A DNA stretch of 64,000 nucleotides from Candidatus Hermodarchaeota archaeon (GTDB lineage: Archaea > Asgardarchaeota > Lokiarchaeia > Sigyniarchaeales > SOKP01). The stretch lies in the NCBI GenBank assembly GCA_048885925.1, contig JBHLLG010000011.1:1200-65199 (forward strand), in the 5' to 3' direction. This document shows, piece after piece, positions 29,601 to 39,301 of this stretch. The position numbers were made by a program, and so were the translations under genes. Positions within the stretch are counted from its first letter, which is position 1. Each line of letters opens with the position of its first letter. The notes under the pieces were generated by a model that saw nothing but the letters and a program-made list of their open reading frames with translations, was not told the DNA's origin and ran no database searches.

Positions 29601-30017
29601 TTGCATTTGATAAATATGCTATTTCAAATATTTAATCCAGATTGGTTAGAGTCTTTAGATACATTCGAAGAGATTATGTGGTTTTTGCTTTTTTATCTCA
29701 TATTACTATTGATAATGGCAATTTTCTTGAAAATTGCGCTCAGTTTTTTTAGTAAAGCCTCGCATACTGAATTCGGGCAAGTGTTTCTAACTTCATTTTT
29801 AATCACCATAATCTTTGCTATAGTTTTTCTGTTTTTTGGAGGTTGGCTTGGATGGTTATTAGCACTAATACTAACATGGATAATTATTAGTCTTCGACAT
29901 AATACAGGATTCTTAATTGCGATAGTTATAACGGTAATTGCTTTTTTAATATATGTCCTCGTTGTTATATTAATAGGAGCATTACTTGATATAACAATTA
30001 ATATCTTTCCTTTCTAA
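29601..30017 (+). CDS. Polytopic membrane protein
   Basis: 138 aa with four hydrophobic helices. TTG start, with ATG at 29616 as an alternative. Confidence 0.5.
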   Translation: MHLINMLFQIFNPDWLESLDTFEEIMWFLLFYLILLLIMAIFLKIALSFFSKASHTEFGQVFLTSFLITIIFAIVFLFFGGWLGWLLALILTWIIISLRHNTGFLIAIVITVIAFLIYVLVVILIGALLDITINIFPF

Positions 30018-30157
30018 ATTTTTTATTTCTTTTTATTAATAATCTCATTCAAGGAAATCTTAGGTCTTTCATTAATAATAATTGATATTTTTTTAAGAGG
30101 AATTAAGATACGTATTTTTAAAGGGTTTTTTTGAGAATCCCAAATAATTCAAATTTT

Positions 30158-30955
30158 TCATTTAACACAAAAGATTACATGCTCTAAGGGAGTTTCGATT
30201 CTGTGTTTCCGTAAATCTTCTTTATGATTTTCTATATACAATGGATCCGCAGTCCAATTTTTCAATGCTGCAATAGCATCATTAAATTCTAAGTGAAGTC
30301 CGGTTTCTAAATATCTAACTGTAATGTCTTTAAATCCTACTTTATGCATTAGAGCGGCCAATTCATCAGAATAAGGTGAAAACCAAGTAGGTTTTGGTAG
30401 AGATGTTTCTAAAGAATGCATATCTGCTTCAATAAATAATTTCTGTGAAATATTTTCATATGCAGAAGAATATTCAGCATGTGCCATTTGACCCTCTGTT
30501 TTCAAGACTCTATAAAATTCATTAAGAGCTTTTTCAAGCCCCACTCGATCAAGATCACAAAATAAATCATTTGAGAAAATGAAATCAATGCTACTATTTT
30601 TAATAGCATCAAGCTCTCTTATGTCTCCTTACATAACGGTAATTAAGTTTTGAAGCATAGTATGTTGTATTTTTTTCTTTAAAATATCTACACTCTCAGA
30701 ATATGAGCCAACTGAAAGATCATAGGCTATTACTTTAAAATTTTTAATCTATTTACTAATTTTCTTAGTAAAAGGAATTCTTAGTTGACCCTCACCACAT
30801 CCTACCTCAAGGATAACAGATATATCGAGATTAATGTTTTCTAAAATGAAATCTGCCAGTTTATCACGAGTATTTATAGATATAATCCACTGAAGAATGT
30901 TCTTCCTTGTTTTATAAGGTTTTTTAAATTAAAATCCAATAATTTTGTATTTCAT
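30158..30955 (-). pseudogene. Class I SAM-dependent methyltransferase with three in-frame stop codons
   Basis: One continuous frame from ATG 30955 reads MKYKIIGF*FKKPYK...ILEVGCGEGQLRIPFTKKISK*IKNFKVIAYDLS...LITVM*GDIRELDAIKNSSIDFIFSNDLFCDLDRVGLEKALNEFYRVLKTEG.... It has motif I (VGCGEG) and the post-II/III pattern. The stops are TAA 30929-31, TAG 30749-51 and TAA 30629-31. No frameshift is needed. Confidence 0.7.
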
Positions 30956-31078
30956 AAGAGTAATTAAAATGCGACAAAAAAAATTAGTTAACTAATTATG
31001 TTAATGGGATATTTTAATAACCAATTAATAGTTTTATTTAAATATAATTTCATCAAAACATAAATTGTTCATACTTAA

Positions 31079-31431
31079 CTGTGTGAACGTCGAGAAGAGG
31101 TATTGTTACCTCAATACATTGGAACCGAAAGGTATTCGTAGCGATATGAAAGAAAATTGTGTGTAAAAGCGCAATTAGAACTAAAATATAAACCTTTAGG
31201 CTTATATTCGGTGTTCAATCTTACCAAATCGCAAGAATTGGAAAGGTTATCGAGAGATAACACCATTTATAGAATAGTAAAATATTTTACAAATGGTATT
31301 TCTTTCAACGACGCCATTTGAATTATGTACTGAGTATCTCTTCATTATACGTGAAGAGAAACAATACTGTTGCAATGAACGCCCTTAGGTTTTCAATTGC
31401 AACTTCTCGTCCCTTCTTTATTTTCTACTAA
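31079..31431 (+). pseudogene. Decayed gene remnant, possibly the N-terminal (DUF772-like) part of an IS5/IS1182-type transposase
   Basis: No long ORF, but the composition is coding-like with higher G+C. The frame from GTG 31082 reads VERREEVLLPQYIGTERYS*RYERKLCVKAQLELKYKPLGLYSVFNLTKSQELERLSRDNTIYRIVKYFTNGISFNDAI*, with TAG at 31139-41. A shifted frame then continues to 31431. It loosely resembles G.R....Y.....KA.LL..ly.l.S.R.Le. Identity is uncertain. Confidence 0.3.
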
Positions 31432-31565
31432 ATCCCTATCATTTCATATTAGTAGAGATTTTTTCTTTTTAAAACGAAATCATTAATAATAATTAAATTC
31501 AGAAGAAAGTTTTAATTAATTTTATTATTTTTTCAATCAATAAAATTTCGAAACTTTGTTAGAAT

Positions 31566-32375
31566 TTGAAAAAGTTAACTTCCAGAAGATTTAATTTTAG
31601 GATAGATAAAATCCTCAAAAGATTGCCTGTTTTTGGTAAACTCCTTACTAGTTTATTTGGTATCTTTGAATTGTATCTACTTGAATTATTTCGCAGAATT
31701 GACAAGAGATTTAACATCTATAGTTTTGGTATTATTAATAAATATATTTTAAGGGGGCGATGGGGAGGAAGAGTTGTTCCTTTAAATACAAATATCAGTA
31801 TTGATTCAAAATTCGTCTCTTCTCGAGAAGTTCTAGAAATTCTATATCGTTCGAATGTTGCTGGGATTAGTTGGTGTTATTGTAGAGCAGTACAACGAAA
31901 ATATGAAGAACCCAACTGTGAGAATCCCTTATATACTTGTATTCATCTTAGTTTTGGGAAATCACTTTATGAAATCCCTTACAAATCATATAATCTTAAG
32001 AAAGTATCAAAAAAAAAAATTGAACGATTGTTAGAAGAATGTGATAAAAGAGGATTGATTCATCAATTAATTTATTTTCCAAATCCGCAATTCTATTACT
32101 TAATTTGCAATTGTTGTCCATGCTGTTGCGTGGTTTTAAATAAATTTCTTAAAATTGGCGCTCCACAAATGATTAAGAGTGATTTTATAGCAAAAACAGA
32201 CTTAAATACGTGTATAAGCTGTGGCACTTGCGAAAACTGGTGTTATTTTAACGCAAGATTATTACAAAACGGAAATTTATTTTTTAATTCTAGTAGGTGT
32301 TTTGGATGTGGCATTTGTGTCTCAAAATGTCCAAATAATGCTATAATTTTAATTAAAAAAGAATCATCCAATTAA
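31566..32375 (+). CDS. Fe-S protein: Cys-rich core (CNCCPCCC) plus C-terminal 2x[4Fe-4S] ferredoxin domain
   Basis: TTG start. CISCGTCENWCYFNA and CFGCGICVSKCPNNAI are ferredoxin motifs. Upstream lie WCYCRAV...CENPLYTC...LICNCCPCCC. Confidence 0.6.
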   Translation: MKKLTSRRFNFRIDKILKRLPVFGKLLTSLFGIFELYLLELFRRIDKRFNIYSFGIINKYILRGRWGGRVVPLNTNISIDSKFVSSREVLEILYRSNVAGISWCYCRAVQRKYEEPNCENPLYTCIHLSFGKSLYEIPYKSYNLKKVSKKKIERLLEECDKRGLIHQLIYFPNPQFYYLICNCCPCCCVVLNKFLKIGAPQMIKSDFIAKTDLNTCISCGTCENWCYFNARLLQNGNLFFNSSRCFGCGICVSKCPNNAIILIKKESSN

Positions 32376-32424
32376 TTTATTATAAAGAAAAGATAAGAAA
32401 CATTTTAATATTATTAAAAAGTAT

Positions 32425-32904
32425 CTATTCTATTTCAGTTCCACATTTTGGACATATTTTTGCATTTTCCTCCATTTTATTTCCACAATATGGACAAAAT
32501 CTGATTTCTGACCGATCTTCAAAAGGATATTCATTAGTTAAATCTGATTTTGAAGATTTACTAACTGTATGAAGTAATGAAAACAAATGAGAAAAAAGTC
32601 CAGAATACCAAGATTGCTTAAGTTTCTCCACTCTAAAAATAGTGCGTGCTAGTGGTTCTGCTTCAACTCTAATTAAAGATTGGTTTCCTTCTAATTCAAA
32701 AAAACTAATTCGAATCCGTTTTTTCCAATTTGGGTCATGACCCGTATTAGTCATCATTGTTCCTTGTTTCGCTTCAATGAATGTAGGAGGTGTTGATCTT
32801 TTAATTTTAGCTTTTCGTTGACTAGTTAACCACTGCATTGTAATTTCAAATGCTTTTTTACTATCAATTTTAAGATTTTCCTCATAAATTACTGAAATTC
32901 TCAT
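32425..32904 (-). CDS. Hypothetical protein with C-terminal zinc ribbon
   Basis: 159 aa ending in CPYCGNKMEENAKICPKCG. Confidence 0.5.
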   Translation of the reverse strand: MRISVIYEENLKIDSKKAFEITMQWLTSQRKAKIKRSTPPTFIEAKQGTMMTNTGHDPNWKKRIRISFFELEGNQSLIRVEAEPLARTIFRVEKLKQSWYSGLFSHLFSLLHTVSKSSKSDLTNEYPFEDRSEIRFCPYCGNKMEENAKICPKCGTEIE

Positions 32905-33043
32905 AGTTTAATCTTCAATTTTGCTATAATTTATATAAATAAAGCGATTTGATATAATTTTTTTCCTATTTAAATTGAAAATTTAGCGATTTAATAAAAC
33001 GCATGAATAAAATAAAGAAAATTAATAAAAAAATTTAGCATTA

Positions 33044-34330
33044 TTATTTACGAATAGGTGGTTTAGTCAGAAACGCTAATATTGCAGCCGCTACTGACAT
33101 AGTTCCCATTACTATAAACAAAATCAAATAACTCCCGAATGCTGTAACTAATAGATTCACACCTACTGCGCCAATAAAACCTGCAAGACCATATGATGTA
33201 AAAACCATTCCATAGTTAGGGCCTAAGTTCTTAGCACCAAATAAGTCAGCAGTAGCTGTAGGAAATAAGCTAAAATTCCCACCAAAGCAGAAATAGATTG
33301 CACAGGTCATTATCAGAAAATAAATTTCATTGAAGTTAGTTGTAAAGTAAATAAACAATAAAATTGCTTGTATAGAAAACATCAATAGCATTGCTTTTTT
33401 ATAAGTTATTAAATCGGCCATTTTACCCCATACTATTCTTCCAAGACCATTAAATAATGCTGCTAAACTACCTATTAGTACAAAATCAGCTGTTCCAATA
33501 ACATAAATAAAATTATCACCTGCATCAACTGTTTTTGCAAAGGAAGCATAAGATCCAATAACCATTAGGCCCGATATGGCACTTAATACAAAAGTTGCCC
33601 AAAGCATCCAAAATTGAGGCAGTTTTATTGTTTTTTTTCGCTCAAATTCGAGTCCAGATATTCCACTTTTCTCTGATGGGGGTGGTGATTCCCAACCTTC
33701 AGGTTGCCAACCTTCAGGCGGGTTACTTAATGTCATTGCCCCTCCAATAATCAGTATTAAATAAATAATTCCAAGAATGATGAACATCAAAGGAATATTT
33801 TGGGATATTGTAGAAACAAAATTGGGGTGATCAGTTTCTAGATTAGTAGGATTGGCAAGTGCCTTTATTACATAATTAAAAATGAACGAACCTGCTCCAA
33901 ATCCCGCTACTGCAATTCCATTTATTAATCCTTTTTTATCTGGAAACCATTTACTTGCCGATGCGATAGGGCATACATAACCAAATCCGATTCCCATTCC
34001 AAAGATAATACCATATGTAATTAGTAATCCAACAAAAGTGGTCATAAATGCTGACACTATAACTCCTCCGCCCATAAAAACTCCACCAAGAATAGCAATA
34101 TTTCTTGGACCATATTTTTGTTGTAGTTGTCCAGCAAAAATCATTGTTATGGCAAAGGATAGTAACCCAACACCAAATACATATACAGTTAATTCCTTTA
34201 TTTCATTTAAATAGGGACTAATAAATATAGTAAGTGTCCCCCAAGAATATATTGACCCCAAGGCAAGTTGGATCAAAATAGCTCCGATAACAACAATCCA
34301 ACGATTTCTAACTTTTTGTTCCTCAGACAT
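33044..34330 (-). CDS. MFS transporter, oxalate/formate antiporter (OFA) family
   Basis: RWIVVIGAILIQLALGSIYSWG..., ...QQKYGPRNIAILGG..., ...GMGIGFGYVCPIASASKWFPDKKGLINGIAVAGFGAGSFIF match OFA-family signatures. Twelve TM-like segments. Confidence 0.8.
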   Translation of the reverse strand: MSEEQKVRNRWIVVIGAILIQLALGSIYSWGTLTIFISPYLNEIKELTVYVFGVGLLSFAITMIFAGQLQQKYGPRNIAILGGVFMGGGVIVSAFMTTFVGLLITYGIIFGMGIGFGYVCPIASASKWFPDKKGLINGIAVAGFGAGSFIFNYVIKALANPTNLETDHPNFVSTISQNIPLMFIILGIIYLILIIGGAMTLSNPPEGWQPEGWESPPPSEKSGISGLEFERKKTIKLPQFWMLWATFVLSAISGLMVIGSYASFAKTVDAGDNFIYVIGTADFVLIGSLAALFNGLGRIVWGKMADLITYKKAMLLMFSIQAILLFIYFTTNFNEIYFLIMTCAIYFCFGGNFSLFPTATADLFGAKNLGPNYGMVFTSYGLAGFIGAVGVNLLVTAFGSYLILFIVMGTMSVAAAILAFLTKPPIRK

Positions 34331-34531
34331 TTTTCACTTCACATCAAAAATTTAATGAGTCTAAGAATTAGTAAAAAGATAAAAAAGTTTTTCTAATATT
34401 TTAAAAATTAAATATTAAACTGTTTGATTATGTTCTCAGAATATCTCAAAGCCTTTTCCCCAATCTAAAAAATAATTTAAGTATGATATATTCAAAAGCT
34501 TTATATAAAACATAATCTTAAATTGTAAATT

Positions 34532-35527
34532 ATGAGGTTTATTTCTGGGTTAAAAAGTCTATCAAAAAGAATTCTATTACTGATAATTGTTATACTCTTC
34601 ATTATTTCTTGGTTTTTATTCACTTTAAGCATTAATGTTATACCAAATAACACTTTTAGATTTATACTAATATCTTTTATAGGGTTCTTAGCAGGATTCG
34701 CCTTTGTACTCTTAATTTTATCGCTTTTTTTTGATATTGATAAAAGAGGAAAGGTTCTTGTAATAATTGCACTAATTTCAACAATTCCAGTTATGTTTAT
34801 TTTTAGTGGGATTATTGAATGGTTTTTTTCTTTCTGCCTAATAGCTAATCTTATTTTAACAGCTTTTTTTGCATTTAAATTTTGTAGAGACTCTTCTATA
34901 AAAGTTGATGATTATTTATATAATAAAAAAAGTTCTAGAATATTTACACGAATAATAGAGTTCTTACTTTTTGGATTATTAAATTGGTGGTTTATATCAA
35001 TAACTATAAGATATTTTGCTAGTTTTAGTCAACCAGGAATTCAACGCTTAGCACAAGTCTTCTTTATTCTCTTTTTAATACATTTGACACTAATAGGTTT
35101 TGTCTTAATTAGATTACTCTTTATACAAAAACTAGCGGCTTTTATTTCCTTTTTTAATTTATTGACATTTTTCTATGTTATTTATCTTTTAGTTAGTCTC
35201 TGGGCTGATTTCATTTTCATAGATAGTATGGGATATGATTTTTTCTCATTTTTTATTGATTTTCTTTTATTTATTTATATTATAGGTTCCATCTATGACA
35301 GGATTGATTATATTAAGAAAATACTTGTAATTTTTGGAGCAGATACAATTGCTTTATTTTTAATTTTAATGAAACTTGTTGTTCAAGTTATTAGTATTAA
35401 GCAAGAATTCATTACATCGGAAGAATTTATTATAGGTCAGGTACAAATATTATGGATTTTCTTTGCAATATTTACTCTATTAGTTGGCATATATACTATT
35501 TTTAAACATAAAGAGGGTAAGGGCTAA
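34532..35527 (+). CDS. Polytopic membrane protein (about 9-10 TM)
   Basis: 331 aa, Phe/Ile/Leu-rich helices throughout. No catalytic motif recognised. Confidence 0.55.
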   Translation: MRFISGLKSLSKRILLLIIVILFIISWFLFTLSINVIPNNTFRFILISFIGFLAGFAFVLLILSLFFDIDKRGKVLVIIALISTIPVMFIFSGIIEWFFSFCLIANLILTAFFAFKFCRDSSIKVDDYLYNKKSSRIFTRIIEFLLFGLLNWWFISITIRYFASFSQPGIQRLAQVFFILFLIHLTLIGFVLIRLLFIQKLAAFISFFNLLTFFYVIYLLVSLWADFIFIDSMGYDFFSFFIDFLLFIYIIGSIYDRIDYIKKILVIFGADTIALFLILMKLVVQVISIKQEFITSEEFIIGQVQILWIFFAIFTLLVGIYTIFKHKEGKG

Positions 35528-35631
35528 TATCATTTTAATAAAATCTAAAATAATAAGTAACTTTTTTTTTATTTCATTCCTCTTTAATTTCTAGAGATAT
35601 AAAAAAACAACTAAAGAAATTAATAGAGATT

Positions 35632-35772
35632 ATGAGTGAAATTGAATTAAGTCGATCAAAAAATAGAAGGATACTATTCATTATATTTTTCTCTGTTGCT
35701 GCCTTGATAACTATAATTACCGTAATAACAGTTGTGTTTTTTAGTGCAGAGAATGGAGGAGGAACTGGATGA
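35632..35772 (+). CDS. Small single-TM protein (not in ORF track)
   Basis: ATG...TGA, 46 aa: MSEIELSRSKNRRILFIIFFSVAALITIITVITVVFFSAENGGGTG. The basic N-terminus plus one clean TM helix is more protein-like than the overlapping minus ORF 35574..35780. Confidence 0.3.
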   Translation: MSEIELSRSKNRRILFIIFFSVAALITIITVITVVFFSAENGGGTG

Positions 35773-36121
35773 GGATGCATAATTTTATTTTCAAAAGTAA
35801 TGAATTCTGTAAATTATCGAAATTTAACGTGGTTAAACAAACAAATGTTTAGATTTTTAATTTATTTAATATAAATACCGAATGGAATGATGCTTGCGAA
35901 TAAATTTTAGTGGCAGGAGGACCAACCTTGCAATGGTTTCGGTAATAAAAGTTGATATCAAGAAAAAGATTATGAAGTTGGTTAAATATTAAACAATTCA
36001 CCTCTATTAAAATAATTTGTACTTTTATAAAATTAGAGGTTTATTCTTTTTTTTACTTTTAAATCAAGTATAATCAAATTATAAAGTAAATATTTAAAAG
36101 ATCTATGATTATTCGATAAAT

Positions 36122-36274
36122 ATGTCAGATGCAACCTTAATAGTAAATGAAAGAAAAATCCCTCTTAAAGATTTTATGCAAGAAATGCTTACAAATATCA
36201 TTCTTGGTTATATTAAATCAACAAGAGGTATACCGGAAAATATAGAAACAATAAAAATTGAAATTAATTTATAA
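36122..36274 (+). CDS. Small conserved-looking ORF (50 aa, not in ORF track)
   Basis: MSDATLIVNERKIPLKDFMQEMLTNIILGYIKSTRGIPENIETIKIEINL. Non-low-complexity sequence with a beta-alpha-beta-like pattern. Confidence 0.3.
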   Translation: MSDATLIVNERKIPLKDFMQEMLTNIILGYIKSTRGIPENIETIKIEINL

Positions 36275-36341
36275 ATTCTTATTTTTTTTAATTTTTTAAA
36301 TATGAATTAAATCAATTCTAAAAAAAAAAGAGATTTTATAA

Positions 36342-37652
36342 TTATAATTCTTGAATTGCTTTTTGTTTGGCTAATTTTTCCTCTTCGGCTAGTTCCACTT
36401 CTCCTCTTCTAACTAAGAACATAAAAACAAGAGCAGCAATGAAGAAAAATGAACTTACTAAAAGTAAAGTATAATTACCAAGTACATCTGTTAAAGACCC
36501 CACCATAAATGGGCCTAGAATTGCAGCCATAAAACTAAAGAAATAATAAACTCCTGTATATGTTCCAATCTTTTTACTTGAAGGAGCCATCTGCCATACA
36601 ATTACTATTGAATTGATATTAATGAAGGCCCAACCAATACCAGCAACAAAAAGGATTATTGTTATTACAGTTATTGTTTGAATTGAAAAACCTATAATCA
36701 ACGCTGCAATGAAAATAATCAAACCGATTTTAATAGTTGTTCTTCTACCTATTTTTGAGCCTAAAATACCTGCTGGAAGTGCCGATAAAAGAAATGCGAC
36801 AGCAACATACGTTAACATAAAACCAGCATCACCACGTTCCAATCCCAATACATCCATTCCATAAACAGTAAAAAGTGCTTCTAAAGCTTGATATCCTACA
36901 AACCATGAAAATATAGCAATTAGCATAAATAATGTAGATTTATCCTCTTCTGATAGAATATCCTTAAAACTTTCAATTAGATTAGGTCTTTCTGCTTTAT
37001 CTTTAATTTTTTCACCTTCAGTTCCTTCCCTTTCTAAAAGTAATTTATAACTATAGGATTCTTTTTCTTTTATGGTAAATAAAAGTACAACCAACGATAA
37101 CACCATTATTATTGCAACTGCTAAAAAAGCTGCGAATAAACTTATGGGGACTAAAACTAAATTGAAAACATATGCAATTAAAGCCCCAATTCCGCCCATA
37201 AAATTAATTACTGCATTTCCTTTGCTTCTATTAGCAGGTTTTACAAAATCAGGCATAAGAGCTACAGCTTGAGATCTATAGGAAGCCATACTTATATTAA
37301 AAAAGAACATCCATAAAAGTAATAGCCACAAAGGATCTTGTGATGAATTAATAGTCGATATCATTACAAAGAATATAGCAGCTAAGGGAATTCCAATAAT
37401 TAAATAAGGTATTCGCCGACCAAGTCGAGTACGTGTATTATCGGATATAGTTCCCATAATGGGCTGGATAAATACACCTATGATATTATCCATTGCCATC
37501 CATGCCCCAACAAGAGCATAAGAACCTAGATATTCAAAAAGAGATATATTAACTTGTGTATTATACATTGACCAAGCTATTCCCGTTGTAAAAAAAGCTA
37601 ATCCAATGAAAGCAGTTTGCTTTAAATTAAATTTTTGTGCAGATTCTGACAT
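36342..37652 (-). CDS. MFS transporter, GPH/SLC45-like
   Basis: Twelve TM-like segments. GTISDNTRTRLGRRIPYLIIG is the loop 2-3 motif typical of glycoside-pentoside-hexuronide/SLC45-type MFS proteins. Confidence 0.7.
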   Translation of the reverse strand: MSESAQKFNLKQTAFIGLAFFTTGIAWSMYNTQVNISLFEYLGSYALVGAWMAMDNIIGVFIQPIMGTISDNTRTRLGRRIPYLIIGIPLAAIFFVMISTINSSQDPLWLLLLWMFFFNISMASYRSQAVALMPDFVKPANRSKGNAVINFMGGIGALIAYVFNLVLVPISLFAAFLAVAIIMVLSLVVLLFTIKEKESYSYKLLLEREGTEGEKIKDKAERPNLIESFKDILSEEDKSTLFMLIAIFSWFVGYQALEALFTVYGMDVLGLERGDAGFMLTYVAVAFLLSALPAGILGSKIGRRTTIKIGLIIFIAALIIGFSIQTITVITIILFVAGIGWAFININSIVIVWQMAPSSKKIGTYTGVYYFFSFMAAILGPFMVGSLTDVLGNYTLLLVSSFFFIAALVFMFLVRRGEVELAEEEKLAKQKAIQEL

Positions 37653-37802
37653 ATTTTTATGACAAATTTTTTGTAATTAAATGATTATTTATTAAATCTT
37701 AAAGTATTTAAAAGATCTATCTAACGAATTTATCTTTAAAAAAGAAATTGTATAAAATTATAAAAGAAGCTCATTTAAGGAAAAAAAAATAAAGAATTTT
37801 AA

Positions 37803-38339
37803 CTAGAGTGAATTTGTTCTCAATTTTTTTATTGCATCTGTAAAAAATCCAAAATCCCCAATCTCCGGTTCTTTTTCAGATTTTTTAATTCTATTAAAGT
37901 ATTCTTCAATTTGTGTAAATAAAATATTTTTAAAAGAAGTAAATTGACTTATTTCCGAATAACTATCATTTATTTCTTTACGATATAACGAATAGAACAT
38001 ATCTAATGATTTTTCGGCTTCATCTCTAATGTTATGTTTAATAATCTCCTTATCGAGTATAGCAACAAAAATCAGATTATATTTATAAACGACAATCATA
38101 TCTACATCAAGTCCTTTGATATTTATCTCTTCAATTTGCCCTAAGTTCTCTCCAAACAAACCCAATGCCCCAACAAAAGAAGACAACAGCACTGGATTAA
38201 TCTTTGTGTCTAAAATAAGATCTAATAAATATTCTCCTGACTCTTTACAAATAACAATACCTTTTAGGAGTTTAGAATCTCCAGTAATAATAATCCCTGT
38301 TATTATTATTTTTTTATATTCTAAGTTACTTAAGTTAAT
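37803..38339 (-). CDS. Roadblock/longin-like domain protein; the true start probably lies upstream of the listed GTG
   Basis: The listed ORF (37803..38192) starts at GTG inside a domain. The frame stays open to 38339 and encodes ...IIITGIIITGDSKLLKGIVICKESGEYLLDLILDTKINP|VLLSSFVGALGLFGENLG...MIVVYKYNLIFVAILD. The extension contains no ATG, GTG or TTG. Confidence 0.45.
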   Translation of the reverse strand: MNLSNLEYKKIIITGIIITGDSKLLKGIVICKESGEYLLDLILDTKINPVLLSSFVGALGLFGENLGQIEEINIKGLDVDMIVVYKYNLIFVAILDKEIIKHNIRDEAEKSLDMFYSLYRKEINDSYSEISQFTSFKNILFTQIEEYFNRIKKSEKEPEIGDFGFFTDAIKKLRTNSL

Positions 38340-38449
38340 TCAATTTAATAAAATCTTTTGATATAAAATTTTAAAATATGTATATTATCTAGAAAATAGG
38401 TATATAATTCAAGTATGATTGAAATTGAATAGAAATGTTGAAAAAGGAA

Positions 38450-39301
38450 TTATTTTTCTAAAATTTCTCTTATTCTTTTAACAGATTCCTTAAAGGCTTT
38501 AGCTGATTTACTTTCAGGATATTTTAAGATAAATGGTAATCCTTGATCACTTTGCTGGCTCACCTCGATTTCAAATGGTATTTTACCGAGTAATGATATA
38601 TCGAAATCATTGCTTGCTTTTTCAGCACCACCAGGGGGGTATAAATCAATATATTCTCCACAGTGTGGACAATTAAAACCAGACATATTTTCAATTATAC
38701 CTAAAATCTTTCTATCCATAACCATAGCCATTTTTATCGTCTTTCGAGCATCCATTAAAGCTACTTCCTGTGGAGTTGTTACAACTATTACATTCTCATC
38801 TGGAATAAGCTGGAGTATGTCTAAAGTTTCGTCAGAGGTTCCTGGAGGTAAATCGCATATAAGATAATCAAGCTCTCCCCATTCTGCATCTCCTAAAAAT
38901 TGTCTTACAGCACTCATCTTCATTGGTCCTCTCCAAATCACTGGTTCATCTGGTGAAAGAGTCAAAAATGCCATACTCATTACTTTCATTTTTAAAGGTC
39001 CATCAATAGGATAAAATCTTTTAGCTTCAGAATCTACTCTTGGTTTTAGCTCGGGGCTAATTCCAAGCATTTTTATAACATTTGGTCCAGTGATATCCAC
39101 ATCAAGAATTCCCACTCTTAGTCCTACACTAGCTAGACTCATAGCAAGGTTAATTGCTACTGTAGTTTTTCCTACACCACCTTTCCCTGAAATTATAACG
39201 ATTTTATGTTTAATTTTATCCATATTTTTTTTAAGATTTTTTTCTCTCTCATTTATCATCATTTCTTTTAAATCTATATCTGGAAGTTCTTGTTCTGGCA
39301 T
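38450..39301 (-). CDS. apbC: Mrp/NBP35/ApbC-family Fe-S cluster carrier ATPase
   Basis: Deviant Walker A ISGKGGVGKTTVAINLA, DLPPGTSDE, and the CPHCG cluster-binding motif. Confidence 0.85.
   Translation of the reverse strand: MPEQELPDIDLKEMMINEREKNLKKNMDKIKHKIVIISGKGGVGKTTVAINLAMSLASVGLRVGILDVDITGPNVIKMLGISPELKPRVDSEAKRFYPIDGPLKMKVMSMAFLTLSPDEPVIWRGPMKMSAVRQFLGDAEWGELDYLICDLPPGTSDETLDILQLIPDENVIVVTTPQEVALMDARKTIKMAMVMDRKILGIIENMSGFNCPHCGEYIDLYPPGGAEKASNDFDISLLGKIPFEIEVSQQSDQGLPFILKYPESKSAKAFKESVKRIREILEK

Noticed and set aside
30749-31141. In-frame TAG codons (30749-51 and 31139-41) as possible pyrrolysine sites.
   Set aside because: The same methyltransferase frame also carries two in-frame TAA codons. 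The second locus also needs a frameshift. Neither gene family is a known Pyl user, and no pyl genes are in the window. Pseudogenisation is the simpler explanation.
31225-31330. A minus-strand reading HNSNGVVERNTICKIFYYSINGVISR that resembles the ISL3/rve-type 'NG.vER.n..iK' transposase motif.
   Set aside because: It is antisense to a much longer open stretch on the plus strand, and the match is short. I kept only the generic 'decayed gene, possibly transposase' call.
35574-35780. 68-aa minus-strand ORF from the track (MHPHPVPPPFSALKNTT...).
   Set aside because: It has an odd composition and overlaps a plus-strand 46-aa ORF (35632..35772) with a clean basic-N-terminus/TM-helix layout. The minus ORF looks like its shadow.
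35881-35960. A slightly G+C-richer intergenic patch (aatgatgcttgcg...gtggcaggaggaccaaccttgcaatggtttcgg) considered as a C/D-box sRNA or tRNA fragment.
   Set aside because: AUGAUGC is only a near-match to the C box. No D box (CUGA) lies at the right distance, and there is no terminal stem or cloverleaf.
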